A stretch of DNA of 52,322 nucleotides from Candidatus Scatenecus faecavium (lineage in GTDB: Bacteria; Cyanobacteriota; Vampirovibrionia; Gastranaerophilales; Gastranaerophilaceae): the NCBI GenBank assembly GCA_018716745.1, contig DVJO01000153.1, positions 1-52,322 on the forward strand, in the 5' to 3' direction. Both the position numbers and the translations under genes were made by a program. The notes below the pieces were generated by a model. That model saw nothing but the letters and a program-made list of their open reading frames with translations. It made no database searches and was not told the origin of the DNA. Of the stretch, positions 18,329 to 29,440 are shown piece by piece (position 1 is the first letter of the stretch; every line of letters starts with the position of its first letter).

Positions 18329-19108
18329 ATGAAGATAACACAAATCAGAAATGCAACACTTATCATTGAATACAATAACAACAAATTTCTTATTGACCCT
18401 TGGCTTGGACCGAAAAATTACATGCCGGGATTTGATACTGCAATCAATGCCCAAATACGGCAGCCTCGTGTTGAACTTCCATTTGCTATCAATGAAATAG
18501 TAAATGTTGATGCTGTAATAGTAACGCATGTTCATCCTGACCATTGGGATGAATTTGCAGAAAAAGCTCTTGATAAAAACATCAAAATCTTTGTTCAATC
18601 AGATTATGATAAGAATTTTATGAATTCAAAAGGTTTTACAAATATTGAATTAATAAGTCCTAACGGAACGGAATTTAACGGCATAAAATTATTTAAAACT
18701 TCATGCCAGCATGGAAAAAGAGAAATTATAGAACCGCTTTGCAAAAGCATTAATATGCCTTATGATTCAATGGGAGTTGTCTACAAAGCCGAATCGGAAA
18801 AAACTCTATACCTGGCTGGAGACAGCATCTACTGCGATGAAGTCGAAGATGCTTTAAAAACATACAACCCAGATATTGTTATTATTAACTCTTGCGGAGC
18901 AACACTTTTGAACGGGGAGCGAATCATTATGGACAAAGAAGATGTTAATAAAATTTTAAGAACTAATCCTGATAAAACAGTTATAGCAAGCCATATGGAC
19001 ACAGTTAGTCATCTGTCCGTAACGCGAGAGGATCTGAGAAAACTAATACAGGAAAAAGGATTTGAAAATCTTTTAATCCCGGAGGACGGTGAAACCATTA
19101 TAATTTAG
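18329..19108 (+). CDS. MBL-fold metallo-hydrolase
   Basis: 'VTHVHPDHWD' metallo-beta-lactamase motif. RBS AAGGAGG. Confidence 0.8.
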   Translation: MKITQIRNATLIIEYNNNKFLIDPWLGPKNYMPGFDTAINAQIRQPRVELPFAINEIVNVDAVIVTHVHPDHWDEFAEKALDKNIKIFVQSDYDKNFMNSKGFTNIELISPNGTEFNGIKLFKTSCQHGKREIIEPLCKSINMPYDSMGVVYKAESEKTLYLAGDSIYCDEVEDALKTYNPDIVIINSCGATLLNGERIIMDKEDVNKILRTNPDKTVIASHMDTVSHLSVTREDLRKLIQEKGFENLLIPEDGETIII

Positions 19109-19110
19109 TA

Positions 19111-19136
19111 AAAAAGCGGGTTTCCCCGCTTTTTTA
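19111..19136. terminator. Bidirectional terminator hairpin between convergent genes
   Basis: AAAAA-GCGGG-TTTC-CCCGC-TTTTTT. Confidence 0.7.
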
Positions 19137-19514
19137 CTATTCTTCGTCTTCTTTTTCGTCTTCGTCGGTTTTAATTTTATCGACAACCATTTTAGCCATT
19201 TCTTTTGCGATTACATGCTGGGTTGCAGGCGGGCAGTTTTGAAGCATGTTCATCGCTGTTCTGAGTGTTGAATCAATATCATACCAGCGGCCTTTTCTAT
19301 TGTCGTCAAGCCCTGAGCCGACTGCGTTAATAATATCTTCAACCGCTTCAAATTTTTCGTCTTCAATGTTGTGTTCAATAATAATTTTGATTAAATTCAA
19401 AGCAATTCTAATCTGAGTTTCGTCATCACTGTGTTCAAGCGTTTCAACAGCCTGCGAAAGCACAGGGTCTTTGTCATACCATCTGCGGTGCTGATTGCTG
19501 TATTCTTCTTTCAT
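19137..19514 (-). CDS. Hypothetical protein with an internal duplication and acidic tail
   Basis: Two related segments, 'RRWYDKDPVLSQAVETL' and 'GRWYDIDSTLRTAMNML'. C-terminal DEDEKEDEE. Confidence 0.5.
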   Translation of the reverse strand: MKEEYSNQHRRWYDKDPVLSQAVETLEHSDDETQIRIALNLIKIIIEHNIEDEKFEAVEDIINAVGSGLDDNRKGRWYDIDSTLRTAMNMLQNCPPATQHVIAKEMAKMVVDKIKTDEDEKEDEE

Positions 19515-19608
19515 AATCCATGTCTCCTTTATCTTTTATGTGTTATATGTTTTATATACTTTAAAACCTCACCCCGCCCCTCTCCTAAATTAGGAGAGGG
19601 AGAAGCCC

Positions 19609-19902
19609 CTATCCGTTCTTAAAAGTTACACCTTTTGTCCCTTTCGGATATTCCCATTCAAGGCAGCCTTTTTCGCATGCGATGCGGCATGCGCCGCATT
19701 CAAGACAGTTTTCGAAATTTACTGTCAATTTTTCATCCGCGTCGTTCCATTCATAAACCTTTGCCGGACAAATTATCGTGCAAATTTTTGAATTACAGAT
19801 TTTGCACTGTTCCATGTCGGGTTTCAGATGCGAAACCTCATCCGGTTTATATTTAATGGTAAAAAGTTTATCGTCAAGCGTCATTTTATTAAAATACTCC
19901 AT
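19609..19902 (-). CDS. fixX: Ferredoxin-like protein FixX
   Basis: 97 aa with a 'C..C.SK.C...CPA' Cys motif and 'CLECGACRIAC'. Overlaps the upstream fixC-like gene. Confidence 0.8.
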   Translation of the reverse strand: MEYFNKMTLDDKLFTIKYKPDEVSHLKPDMEQCKICNSKICTIICPAKVYEWNDADEKLTVNFENCLECGACRIACEKGCLEWEYPKGTKGVTFKNG

Positions 19903-21191
19903 AATAATTTGAATGCACTAAAAGCGTCTTTAATCAATTCTATTATATTTCTTTTCTTGATAAAGTCAAAGATAAATTTTCTGAATTTTTCACGCTTTGG
20001 AATGCTGTCAACAGTCGTGAACATTCTGAAAAACCCGTTAACTTCTCTTAAATAGTAATCCATAAAGGATTCACTGCGGTTGTGCGCCTCATCCATAAGA
20101 TTTCGGTAAGTTTTCAAATCCTTCATCACAAAGGAATTCTCGAGTTCTTTCTGATAACGCGAAAGCATCTTTTCGCTGAAATCACCTCGTGCCAGAGCCT
20201 TTAAAGCGGTTTCGCCCGCAATTTTTCCGCTAATCATGGCAAGATTTGTGCCTTCCCAGTGAAGATTGTTAACCAGCATTGCCGCATCGCCAGCAATCAT
20301 AACGCCGGCACCGAAAAGCGTCGGAATTTTTTTGTAACCGCCCTCGGGAATTAAGTGCGCCGAATATTCAAGAAGTTCGCCGTCTTTAATCAAAGGCGCA
20401 ATTGCAGGATGTTTTTTAAGTTCCTCTAAAACTTCATAAGGTTTCAGATTTTTTTCGCACAACGCGTCAAGCCCGACTCCCAAGCCAATACTTACGGACT
20501 CTTTGTTTGTATAAATAAATCCAAGCCCCAGCATTCCAAGCATCGGCCCGCCAAAAATTTCGTAAATACAGCCTTCGTCATCTGTGATATTAAATCTTTC
20601 GTTAATTTTTTCTCTGCCGAGTTTTATAACCTCTTTAACACTCAGCGCAACATCTTTCGGCTCAATTTTTTCGCGAAAACCTATCTGCTTTGCCAGCAAA
20701 GAATTTACACCGTCTGCAAGAACAACAATATCAGCATAATATTCTTCCAATTCGGTTTTCACGCCGACAACTTTTTCATCTTGAATTAAAAGTTCTCTGA
20801 CAACGGTTTCTTCAACAAGAATTACACCTTCTTTTTTTGCCTGTTCAGCCATCCAGCGGTCAAATTTTCCGCGAATTACAGAATAGCTTGGATTATCAGT
20901 ATCTTTGCGGCGGTATGAAATCATAGTTGAATCATCTTCGCCGAGAATTGCAAATTTGTGCGCAACGTTAAGCCGTTCAATGGGAGCATCTTTTTCAAAA
21001 TCCGGAAAAATCTCACGCGTCGGCTGTGCGTAAATCGCACCTCCAAAAACATTTTTGCTTCCGGCAAAACTTCCGCGCTCAATCAAAACAACTTCATGAC
21101 CTGCGCGCGCGACGGTTACGGCACAGGCAATTCCGGCAGGCCCGCCTCCGACAACTATTACCTCTGTTTTATTTTTTGATATTTCTGTCAT
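19881..21191 (-). CDS. fixC: FAD-dependent oxidoreductase FixC (ETF-quinone oxidoreductase-like)
   Basis: 'VIVVGGGPAGIACAV' dinucleotide fold. Length and FixX partner are typical of FixCX. Confidence 0.8.
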   Translation of the reverse strand: MTEISKNKTEVIVVGGGPAGIACAVTVARAGHEVVLIERGSFAGSKNVFGGAIYAQPTREIFPDFEKDAPIERLNVAHKFAILGEDDSTMISYRRKDTDNPSYSVIRGKFDRWMAEQAKKEGVILVEETVVRELLIQDEKVVGVKTELEEYYADIVVLADGVNSLLAKQIGFREKIEPKDVALSVKEVIKLGREKINERFNITDDEGCIYEIFGGPMLGMLGLGFIYTNKESVSIGLGVGLDALCEKNLKPYEVLEELKKHPAIAPLIKDGELLEYSAHLIPEGGYKKIPTLFGAGVMIAGDAAMLVNNLHWEGTNLAMISGKIAGETALKALARGDFSEKMLSRYQKELENSFVMKDLKTYRNLMDEAHNRSESFMDYYLREVNGFFRMFTTVDSIPKREKFRKFIFDFIKKRNIIELIKDAFSAFKLLWSILIK

Positions 21192-21244
21192 AAAACTCCC
21201 TTTTTCAAGGTTTATTATACATTAAAATCTGTTCATTGTAAAAT

Positions 21245-21790
21245 ATGGTTATGAATATAACAGCAGGAATTTTCAAAGGCCGGAAAATAACGGCGCCCGA
21301 CGAAAAAATTACACGCCCGACACTTTCAAAAGTAAGAATGAGCGTTTTCAATACATTGCAGTCGATGATTGAATTTGAAGGGTCATCGTTTCTTGATATG
21401 TACGCCGGTTCGGGGATTATGGGTCTGGAAGCTCTTTCCCGCGGTTTTTCGGAAGCTGTCGCTTTCGAAAAGCATCCGAAAGCTGCACAAATTATAAAAA
21501 TCAATTACAAAAAATTCAATCCCTCACCAGAACTCATTCAAGGCGATGCTTTAAAATTAGCAGAAAAAATAAACAGGAATTTTGATGTAATTTACATTGA
21601 CCCGCCTTATTTTTCCGGAGTTTACGAAGCAAGCCTGAACGCAGTCAAAAGGTTCACCAAAGCCGTCATAATTCTTGAACATGTTACAGAAATTGATTTT
21701 AAAAATTTCAATATACTCAAGCAAAAAAAATACGGCGATAAATATGTTACATTTCTACAATTAAACAGTAATATAAACTCATGTTCATGA
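21245..21790 (+). CDS. rsmD: 16S rRNA (guanine966-N2)-methyltransferase RsmD
   Basis: 'RPT..KVR.S.FN.L', 'LDMYAGSGIMGLEALSRG' and 'IYIDPPY' motifs. Confidence 0.8.
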   Translation: MVMNITAGIFKGRKITAPDEKITRPTLSKVRMSVFNTLQSMIEFEGSSFLDMYAGSGIMGLEALSRGFSEAVAFEKHPKAAQIIKINYKKFNPSPELIQGDALKLAEKINRNFDVIYIDPPYFSGVYEASLNAVKRFTKAVIILEHVTEIDFKNFNILKQKKYGDKYVTFLQLNSNINSCS

Positions 21791-21843
21791 TACGATAGGG
21801 AAAAGTGTTTTTTATAAAACTTAAAAGTAAGGAGAACTAGATT

Positions 21844-24489
21844 ATGAGCGAAAAACGCGTATGGCTTTTCAGAGAGGGTAACGCTTCTATGCGCAACCTG
21901 CTTGGAGGCAAAGGTGCAAACCTCGCTGAAATGACAAATTTGGGACTTCCTGTTCCGCCAGGATTAACGATTACAACCGAAACCTGCATGGACTACATCA
22001 ACCACGGCAACAAAATGCCCGAAGGTTTGATGGAGGAAGTTAAAACAGCATTAAAAGACATTGAAAACCAAACAGGCAAAAAATTTGGCGATAAAGAAAA
22101 CCCGCTGCTGGTTTCTGTACGTTCAGGCGCAAGACTTTCAATGCCGGGTATGATGGAAACAATCCTTAACCTCGGTATGAATGACGAGACTGTTGAAGCA
22201 ATGATTAAATTAACTAACAACCCTAGATTTTGCTATGACAGTTACCGCAGATTTTTGACAATGTTCGGCTCAGTTGCCTGGGAAATGGACAGACAAAAAT
22301 ATTTCGAAGCAGAAGTTGAAAAAGTTAAAGAACGCGAAGGCGTAAAAGAAGATACAAAAGTTTCAGCAGACGGCTGGAAATCTTTAATCCCGATTTACAA
22401 AAAAGTTATCAAAGAAGTAACAGGAAAAGAATTCCCGCAAGACCCGTACGTTCAGCTGAAAGAGGCTATTGAAGCCGTATTCCGCTCATGGAACATTCCG
22501 CGTGCAGTTGCTTACAGAAATATGAATAAAATCGACCATAACTTCGGAACAGCTGTAAACGTTCAGACAATGGTATTCGGAAACATGGGCGACGATTGCG
22601 CAACCGGCGTTTCGTTCACACGTAACCCGGCAACCGGTGAAAACAAATTCTACGGCGAATATTTAACAAACGCTCAAGGCGAAGATGTTGTTGCAGGTAT
22701 CAGAACACCTAAAGAAATTTCAGAACTCGCAACTGAAATGCCTGAACTTTACAAACAATACGTTGACATTGCTAAAAAACTTGAAAACGGTTACAAAGAT
22801 GTTCAGGATATGGAATTCACAATTGAAAAAGGCAAACTCTGGATTCTTCAAACACGCAACGGTAAAAGAACAGCTGCTGCAGCTGTCAGAATAGCTGTTG
22901 AAATGCATGAAGAAGGAATTATTACAAAAGAACGCGCAATCCAGCTTGTTGACCCGTATTCAGTAAACCAGATTTTACTGCCTTGCTTTGATGAAAATGC
23001 AGTTAAAGAAGCTCATAAAATCGCTCACGGTGTAAACGCCTCTCCTGGTGCTGCTGTTGGTAAAATCGTATTTGATACGGAAGAAGCAGCAGAGCGCGGT
23101 GCCGCAGGCGAAAAAGTTATTCTTGTACGTGTAGAAACCTGTCCGGATGATATTCACGGAATGGCAGTTGCCCAAGGCGTTTTAACTCTACGCGGCGGCG
23201 CAACTTCTCACGCTGCTGTTGTTGCAAAAGGCATGGGCAAACCCTGCGTTTCAGGTTGTGAAGATTTGAGAATTGACCTTAACAACGAAACTCTTACAGG
23301 CGCTGACGGAACTGTTTACAAAAAAGATGATATCATTTCGCTTGACGGCGGCAAAGGTATTGTTATGGCAGGCGCAGTTAAACTTGTAGAAGCTAAAATC
23401 GACGAAAACTGGGAAAAATTCTTCTCATGGGTTGACGAAATTAAAGAAATGAAAGTTGAAGCAAACGCTGATACACCGAAAGATATAGAAAATGCTCTTA
23501 AATTCGGTGCTGAAGGTGTAGGCCTCTGCCGTACAGAACACATGTTCATGGATCCTGACAGATTGCCATGGGTTCAGAAAATGATTATTGCAGGCACTCC
23601 CGAAGCAAGAAAAGAAGCTCTGGCAAAACTTCTTCCGATGCAATATTCAGATTTTTATGCAATGTTCAAGGCACTCGGGGCTTTGCCGATGACTGTAAGA
23701 CTTCTTGACCCGCCGCTTCATGAATTCCTTCCGAACAAGGAGGATTTGATTGCAGAAGTTGCAACCCTTAAAGCTCAAGGCAAAGATTCTAAAGAAAAAG
23801 AAGAATTACTTCATGTTGTTGAAGGTTTATCAGAATCTAACCCGATGATGGGCTTGCGCGGATGCCGTTTGGGTCTGACCTATCCGGAAATCAACGAAAT
23901 GCAGGTTAGAGCAATCTTTGAAGCAGCTTGTGACTGCAAAAAAGAAGGCATTGACGTTAAACCATGGGTTATGATACCTTTAATCGGACATGTTAACGAG
24001 CTTAAAGTTGCAAAAGAAATTCTTGTTCGTGTAGCAGACGAAGTTATGGAAGAAAAAGGCATCAAAGTCGATTACAAATTCGGAACGATGATTGAAATTC
24101 CGCGTGCAGCATTAACTGCTGACGAAGTTGCAGAATATGCAGAATTCTTCTCCTTCGGAACAAACGACCTGACACAAATGACCTTTGGATACTCCCGTGA
24201 CGACGCTGAAGGCAAATTCCTCAACCGCTACGTTGAACAAAAAATCCTTCCGGCTAACCCGTTTGAAACACTTGATACAAAAGGTGTCGGCCAGCTTGTT
24301 GAAATGTCAATGAAGAAAGGAAAACCGGTTAATCCGAACCTTTTGGGCGGTGTTTGCGGCGAACACGGCGGCGACCCGGATTCAGTCAAGTTCTGCAGCA
24401 AAATAGGACTTGATTATGTTTCCTGCTCACCGTTCAGAATTCCGCAGGCAAAACTTGCAGCAGCGCAAGCTGTTGTTGAAGGAAAGTAG
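21844..24489 (+). CDS. ppdK: Pyruvate, phosphate dikinase
   Basis: 881 aa. 'GGKGANLAEM', phospho-His region 'GGATSHAAVVAKGMGKPCV', and C-terminal 'GLCRTEHMF' / 'FFSFGTNDLTQ'. Confidence 0.95.
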   Translation: MSEKRVWLFREGNASMRNLLGGKGANLAEMTNLGLPVPPGLTITTETCMDYINHGNKMPEGLMEEVKTALKDIENQTGKKFGDKENPLLVSVRSGARLSMPGMMETILNLGMNDETVEAMIKLTNNPRFCYDSYRRFLTMFGSVAWEMDRQKYFEAEVEKVKEREGVKEDTKVSADGWKSLIPIYKKVIKEVTGKEFPQDPYVQLKEAIEAVFRSWNIPRAVAYRNMNKIDHNFGTAVNVQTMVFGNMGDDCATGVSFTRNPATGENKFYGEYLTNAQGEDVVAGIRTPKEISELATEMPELYKQYVDIAKKLENGYKDVQDMEFTIEKGKLWILQTRNGKRTAAAAVRIAVEMHEEGIITKERAIQLVDPYSVNQILLPCFDENAVKEAHKIAHGVNASPGAAVGKIVFDTEEAAERGAAGEKVILVRVETCPDDIHGMAVAQGVLTLRGGATSHAAVVAKGMGKPCVSGCEDLRIDLNNETLTGADGTVYKKDDIISLDGGKGIVMAGAVKLVEAKIDENWEKFFSWVDEIKEMKVEANADTPKDIENALKFGAEGVGLCRTEHMFMDPDRLPWVQKMIIAGTPEARKEALAKLLPMQYSDFYAMFKALGALPMTVRLLDPPLHEFLPNKEDLIAEVATLKAQGKDSKEKEELLHVVEGLSESNPMMGLRGCRLGLTYPEINEMQVRAIFEAACDCKKEGIDVKPWVMIPLIGHVNELKVAKEILVRVADEVMEEKGIKVDYKFGTMIEIPRAALTADEVAEYAEFFSFGTNDLTQMTFGYSRDDAEGKFLNRYVEQKILPANPFETLDTKGVGQLVEMSMKKGKPVNPNLLGGVCGEHGGDPDSVKFCSKIGLDYVSCSPFRIPQAKLAAAQAVVEGK

Positions 24490-24507
24490 GACAACAAACA
24501 ATTCCAC

Positions 24508-24541
24508 AAAAACGGCGTTTGAAATTCAAGCGCCGTTTTTA
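24508..24541. terminator. Terminator after ppdK (bidirectional hairpin)
   Basis: AACGGCG-13 nt-CGCCGTT flanked by an A-run and a T-run. Confidence 0.75.
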
Positions 24542-24748
24542 ATATAAATTTGTTTCCAATTTATCAAATAAAGTTTCAGTCTTTTCAAATTCATCTGCAA
24601 TTATTTGCGAAAATTCATACAAATAATAAATGTCAGGATATTCATTAGAACAGAAGTTTAAAGTATTGTCCATACACATAAACAGACACTTCAAACTAAA
24701 AAATTTTTCATGCAATTCATAAAATTCGTTTTTAATATCATCATTCAT
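24539..24748 (-). CDS. Small hypothetical protein
   Basis: ORF only. Confidence 0.3.
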   Translation of the reverse strand: MNDDIKNEFYELHEKFFSLKCLFMCMDNTLNFCSNEYPDIYYLYEFSQIIADEFEKTETLFDKLETNLY

Positions 24749-24842
24749 TTCATAATGATAATATATCAGCTTGTTTCTGTCTATAAAGACAACTTTGCAT
24801 TTTATAAAGTAAACTTTATATTTTAAAAAATTTTATCTTTCT

Positions 24843-25106
24843 CTAACTTTTTAATAAATCCTTAAGTTTGCCGCTTTTGTGAAATGCTTCCAAATCCGTG
24901 TAGCCGCCAATGTAATGACCGTTTACAATAATCTGCGGAACTGTCTGTATCGGTTTGCCAAACTGAAGCGCCAAGTCCTCGCACATCTCATCAAAATTCT
25001 CGTCAACATTATGTTCAACATAATCTAACTTCAACATTTGTAATAACTTCTTAGCTTTGGTGCAGTAAGGACATGTGCTTGATGTGTAAATTTCTATATT
25101 ATTCAT
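24843..25106 (-). CDS. Glutaredoxin
   Basis: 87 aa with the 'CPYC' active site and a 'TVPQI.VNG..IGG..DL' fold signature. Confidence 0.85.
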   Translation of the reverse strand: MNNIEIYTSSTCPYCTKAKKLLQMLKLDYVEHNVDENFDEMCEDLALQFGKPIQTVPQIIVNGHYIGGYTDLEAFHKSGKLKDLLKS

Positions 25107-25182
25107 AAAAACCCCTATAACTTAGTTTTAATTATAGAGGTTTTTCAAATTTTTGCAAGCCTTTGTTAAAAAATTATAACTT

Positions 25183-26832
25183 TTAAACGATTTTTTTGTC
25201 GTAATCTGTTCCGCCAATAATCTTCAAGTGGCGTTGTGAACCTTCACCAACAGATTTGCTTGTCATATTATGCTGCTCGACAAGCTCATGCTGCAATTTT
25301 CGAATATGCTGGTTTTGCGGCGTAAGCTCCACATGCTCGGCGCCTGCAAGAATTTTATTTATCGCAGCTTTTGCTTCATCCAAAGCCCGCTCTGCATCAT
25401 CATAATAACCGAATAATGTTTCAGAAGTCTCGGTTATATCAAGTGCCTCTTTTAAAACTTTTTGGATTTGCGCCATTGAATTTGTTTTGATGTAGAAAAT
25501 TTGCAGCCTGTAATCGTTTGCAGTACTCAAAATTCTTGCACCGCCCTTGGCAAAGTTTTTGTGAGCAATTACAATATCTGCATCATCTATGTTTCGTGTA
25601 ATTTCGGCATTTAAGTCAAGACGTTCAATAATTTTTTCTACAATCGTTCTTGAGACTGCATAAAGGTATATTTTTTTAAATTTTTTATTTTCTTTCACAT
25701 ATTGCTGGCGGGAAAAACTAAACTTCAAGCTGTCAGTCGGCTCTTTCAGAACTTTATCCTCCAGTTTGTGAATTCCCTCTTTAATTTCAGTAAATGAATT
25801 GTGTTCTTGGGCTGGCAAAACGGTTTGCTTAGGTTCCTGCACCTCTGCTTCATATATCTTGTCGACTTTTCTTATCTCCGGTCGAATAGGCCAGCCGCGA
25901 AGAATATAATCAACGGCTTCTGATGTATCTTTGTAAACCGCAAGCGTATTTCTGTCAAGAATTTCGATTACAATATCAAAAGTCGGCTGCTTTTCGCGTT
26001 CGAGAACGGTTTTTTGTGATGCTCTTCGTCTTGCTTCGTCGTCGCCAAGAGTTACTGACTGAATTCCACCGACTAAATCAGATAATGTCGGGTTTTTAAT
26101 CAAGCTTTCAAGAGAAGTACCGTGGGCGGTTGCAATCAACATAACCCCGCGTTCTGCAATGGTTCTGGCAGCCTGAGCTTCGGCTTCCGTTCCGATTTCA
26201 TCGACAACGATAACTTCCGGGGTGTGATTTTCAACCGCCTCAATCATTATATCTTTCTGAAACTCAGGCTGGCGAACCTGCATACGTCTTGCATGACCGA
26301 TTGCGGGATGAGGAGTGTCACCGTCACCTGCAATCTCGTTTGAGGTATCTACAACCACAACACGTTTGCCGAGTTCATCTGCAACAAGGCGCGAAATCTC
26401 ACGAAGCTTTGTTGTTTTACCGACACCCGGACGCCCGAGAAACAGTATGCTTTTTCCCATCATGCAAAAATCTTTTATACAAGCAATTGTCCCCGTAACA
26501 ACTCTACCAATTCTGCATGTAAGACCTATCACTTTGCCCTGGCGGTTTCTTATTGCACTAATTCTGTGGAGTGTTCCGGGGATTCCTGAACGGTTATCTG
26601 ATGTGAATTCCTGAATATTTGAGGTTATAAAATTTATGTCATCTTCGGTTACAAAATCACTTCCGATGTATTCGATTTTACCGTTAGCATGCCGAATTTC
26701 AGGCGTTCGGCCTATATCAAGGACAATTTCAATAACGTCCTCCATCTGCTCATAGGTAATCTGCTGCCTTACCTTTGCGGGTAAAATTTCTAAAAGTCTG
26801 TCAAGGTCGTTGTGAAATTGTAAATTGCCCAT
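25183..26832 (-). CDS. AAA-type ATPase with C-terminal R3H domain (Ycf45 / SpoIIIAA-like)
   Basis: Walker A 'GRPGVGKTT', Walker B 'VIVVDEIG', and C-terminal 'RKLQHELVEQHNMTSKSVGEGSQRHLKI' (R3H pattern). Confidence 0.75.
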   Translation of the reverse strand: MGNLQFHNDLDRLLEILPAKVRQQITYEQMEDVIEIVLDIGRTPEIRHANGKIEYIGSDFVTEDDINFITSNIQEFTSDNRSGIPGTLHRISAIRNRQGKVIGLTCRIGRVVTGTIACIKDFCMMGKSILFLGRPGVGKTTKLREISRLVADELGKRVVVVDTSNEIAGDGDTPHPAIGHARRMQVRQPEFQKDIMIEAVENHTPEVIVVDEIGTEAEAQAARTIAERGVMLIATAHGTSLESLIKNPTLSDLVGGIQSVTLGDDEARRRASQKTVLEREKQPTFDIVIEILDRNTLAVYKDTSEAVDYILRGWPIRPEIRKVDKIYEAEVQEPKQTVLPAQEHNSFTEIKEGIHKLEDKVLKEPTDSLKFSFSRQQYVKENKKFKKIYLYAVSRTIVEKIIERLDLNAEITRNIDDADIVIAHKNFAKGGARILSTANDYRLQIFYIKTNSMAQIQKVLKEALDITETSETLFGYYDDAERALDEAKAAINKILAGAEHVELTPQNQHIRKLQHELVEQHNMTSKSVGEGSQRHLKIIGGTDYDKKIV

Positions 26833-27109
26833 GGTTTTATGCCTCTCAATTTTGTGATATACAAAATTTATATTATTGGCTTTTTGGTTTTTCTCTCCTA
26901 TTTATATTATACCACTTTTTTAAATTTTTTCTTCAAACTTTTGTACTATTTTTGTAGCAATTTTTACAAAAATTTACCGTAATCATTGCAGCAAAAAGTG
27001 TTGATTTTACACAATCCTAGCCAGACAAGTATTTGAAAAAATTTAAAAAATTTTTATGTGAAAATTTTAAAGATTTTCATTTATTTTTTACTTAAAAAAT
27101 TTTAATTAA

Positions 27110-27141
27110 AAAAGACCTTTTGAGTTATCAAAAGGTCTTTT
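27110..27141. terminator. Terminator after fusA
   Basis: AAAAGACCTTTT-8 nt-AAAAGGTCTTTT perfect hairpin. Confidence 0.75.
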
Positions 27142-27159
27142 AAATGTTGATTATTGAAA

Positions 27160-29250
27160 CTATTTAGCGCTTGCGCCAGATTTTTCAATAATTTCTTTTT
27201 CAATGTTAGCCGGAACTTGTTCGTAGCACTGGAATTCCATTGAGAAAGTACCGCGCCCCTGAGTGTTTGATCTCAAGTCTGTTGCATAACCGAACATGTT
27301 AGCAAGCGGAACAAGTGCTCTAACAATTACATTACCGGTAGTTCCAAGAGGTTCCTGACCTTCAACGCGTCCGCGTCTTCTTGAAATATCTCCGATAATT
27401 GTTCCTGTGAATTCATCAGGAATTTCGATTTCAACTTTCATCATAGGCTCTAAGATACAAGGCTGAGCTTTGCGGCAGCCTTCTTTAATCGCCATAGAAC
27501 CGGCAATTTTGAACGCCATTTCAGAAGAGTCGACTTCGTGGTAAGAACCATCGTAAAGTTCAACTTTAACGTCAATCATCGGGAATCCTGCTAAGATACC
27601 GCCTTCAAGCGCTTCTTCCATACCTTTTCTAGCAGGTTCGATGTATTCACGAGGAATTGCACCGCCGACGATTTTGTTTTCAAATACAAAGCCTTCGTTT
27701 TCGCCTGCCGGTGAAATTCTAACTTTAACGTGACCGTATTGACCTTTACCACCTGACTGACGGATGAATTTAGAATCCTGATCAGAATTTCCACGGATTG
27801 TTTCGCGATAAGCAACCTGCGGTTTACCAATGTTAGCTTCAACTTTGAATTCTCTTAACATACGGTCAACAATGATGTCAAGGTGAAGTTCGCCCATACC
27901 GGAAATGATTGTCTGGCCTGTTTCAGTGTCTGATTTAACACGGAAAGACGGATCTTCTTCAGCAAGTTTTTGAAGAGCGATACCCATTTTATCCTGGTCA
28001 GCTTTAGTTTTTGGTTCAATTGCAACTGAAATAACCGGTTCAGGGAAAGTCATTTTTTCAAGTATAATCGGTGCTTTTTCGTCGCACAAAGTATCACCTG
28101 TTGTAGTGTCTTTCAAGCCAACAGCTGCACAGATGTCGCCGGCGTAAACTTCAGATTCTTCAAGTCTCTGGTCAGCGTACATACGAACCAAACGTGCGAT
28201 ACGTTCTTTTTTACCGTTTGTAGCGTTAAGAACGTAAGAACCGGAAGTAATTACGCCTGAGTAAACTCTTAAGAAGGTTAAACGGCCTACATAAGGGTCT
28301 GTCATAACTTTGAAAGCAAGAGCTGAGAACGGTTCAGAATCAGAAGAATGTCTTTCTGTTTTAGTACCATCTTCAAGTTCGCCTTCAATAGCTTTAACAT
28401 CAACCGGAGACGGCATATAATCAACAACGTTGTTCAACAAAAGCTGAACACCTTTGTTTTTGAAAGCTGTACCGCAGCAAACCGGAACGATTTTGTTATC
28501 ACAAACGGCTTTTCTTAAAGCTTTTTTCAATTCTTCAACAGTGATTGAATCAGGATCTTCAAAATATTTTTCCATTAATTCATCATCTTCGGAAGCGATA
28601 GCTTCAACCATTGCATCGTGGTATTCTTTAGCTTTTTCAGCCAAGTCAGCCGGGATTTCTTCTTCTTTAATATCTGTACCTAAGTCGTTTGTATAGATTT
28701 CAGCCTTCATTGTCATCAAGTCAACAAGGCCGTTGAATTTGTCTTCAGAACCAATCGGAAGCTGGATAGGAACAGCATTAGCGCCAAGTCTGTTTTTGAT
28801 TTGGTCAACAACTCTGTAGAAATCAGCACCAGTTCTGTCCATTTTGTTAACGAAAACCATTCTAGGTACTTCGTATCTGTTAGCTTGTCTCCAAACTGTT
28901 TCTGACTGAGATTGAACGCCGCCAACCGCACAGAATACAGCAACAACACCGTCTAATACACGGAGTGAACGTTCAACTTCGATTGTGAAGTCAACGTGGC
29001 CGGGGGTGTCGATAATGTTAATCTGGTGGCCTTTCCATTCAGCAGTAACCGCAGCTGATTGAATTGTAATACCTCTTTCTTTTTCCTGTTCCATAAAGTC
29101 GGTAACTGCTGCACCGTCGTGAGTTTCACCGATTTTGTGGGTTTTACCCGTGTAGAACAAGATACGCTCAGTTGTAGTGGTTTTGCCGGCGTCGATGTGA
29201 GCGGCAATACCAATGTTTCTGATTTTTTCCAATGGAGTTTTTCTTGCCAT
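27160..29250 (-). CDS. fusA: Translation elongation factor G
   Basis: '[22 protein letters not shown]', 'DTPGHVDF', 'NKMDR'; 696 aa. Confidence 0.95.
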   Translation of the reverse strand: MARKTPLEKIRNIGIAAHIDAGKTTTTERILFYTGKTHKIGETHDGAAVTDFMEQEKERGITIQSAAVTAEWKGHQINIIDTPGHVDFTIEVERSLRVLDGVVAVFCAVGGVQSQSETVWRQANRYEVPRMVFVNKMDRTGADFYRVVDQIKNRLGANAVPIQLPIGSEDKFNGLVDLMTMKAEIYTNDLGTDIKEEEIPADLAEKAKEYHDAMVEAIASEDDELMEKYFEDPDSITVEELKKALRKAVCDNKIVPVCCGTAFKNKGVQLLLNNVVDYMPSPVDVKAIEGELEDGTKTERHSSDSEPFSALAFKVMTDPYVGRLTFLRVYSGVITSGSYVLNATNGKKERIARLVRMYADQRLEESEVYAGDICAAVGLKDTTTGDTLCDEKAPIILEKMTFPEPVISVAIEPKTKADQDKMGIALQKLAEEDPSFRVKSDTETGQTIISGMGELHLDIIVDRMLREFKVEANIGKPQVAYRETIRGNSDQDSKFIRQSGGKGQYGHVKVRISPAGENEGFVFENKIVGGAIPREYIEPARKGMEEALEGGILAGFPMIDVKVELYDGSYHEVDSSEMAFKIAGSMAIKEGCRKAQPCILEPMMKVEIEIPDEFTGTIIGDISRRRGRVEGQEPLGTTGNVIVRALVPLANMFGYATDLRSNTQGRGTFSMEFQCYEQVPANIEKEIIEKSGASAK

Positions 29251-29440
29251 TTTGTTTTTCCTTTTTATATTATTGTGTACTTCTGCTATTTTATATTTAG
29301 CCTCATTAAAATTATCTCACAAACATGTTTGATGGCAAGAATTCCATTAATCTCTTGTAACATAAATAATTTACAATTAACTTCTTTTGATATAGTATTT
29401 ATCCAGAGATATAATATTTAATTAAGAGGGAATATAAGAA

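Noticed and set aside
19560-19605. Hairpin CCCTCTCCT-AATTT-AGGAGAGGG downstream of fixX as a terminator
   Set aside because: The stem is good but no U-run follows it on the minus strand. It may be a protein-binding or RNA-stability element, so it was not called as a terminator.
27160-29250. fusA standing alone (no rpsL/rpsG upstream, no tuf downstream) as a sign of a second, specialised EF-G paralogue
   Set aside because: The sequence shows all canonical EF-G motifs, and copy number or operon context cannot be judged from one window. Dispersed translation genes fit the fragmented ribosomal cluster seen here.
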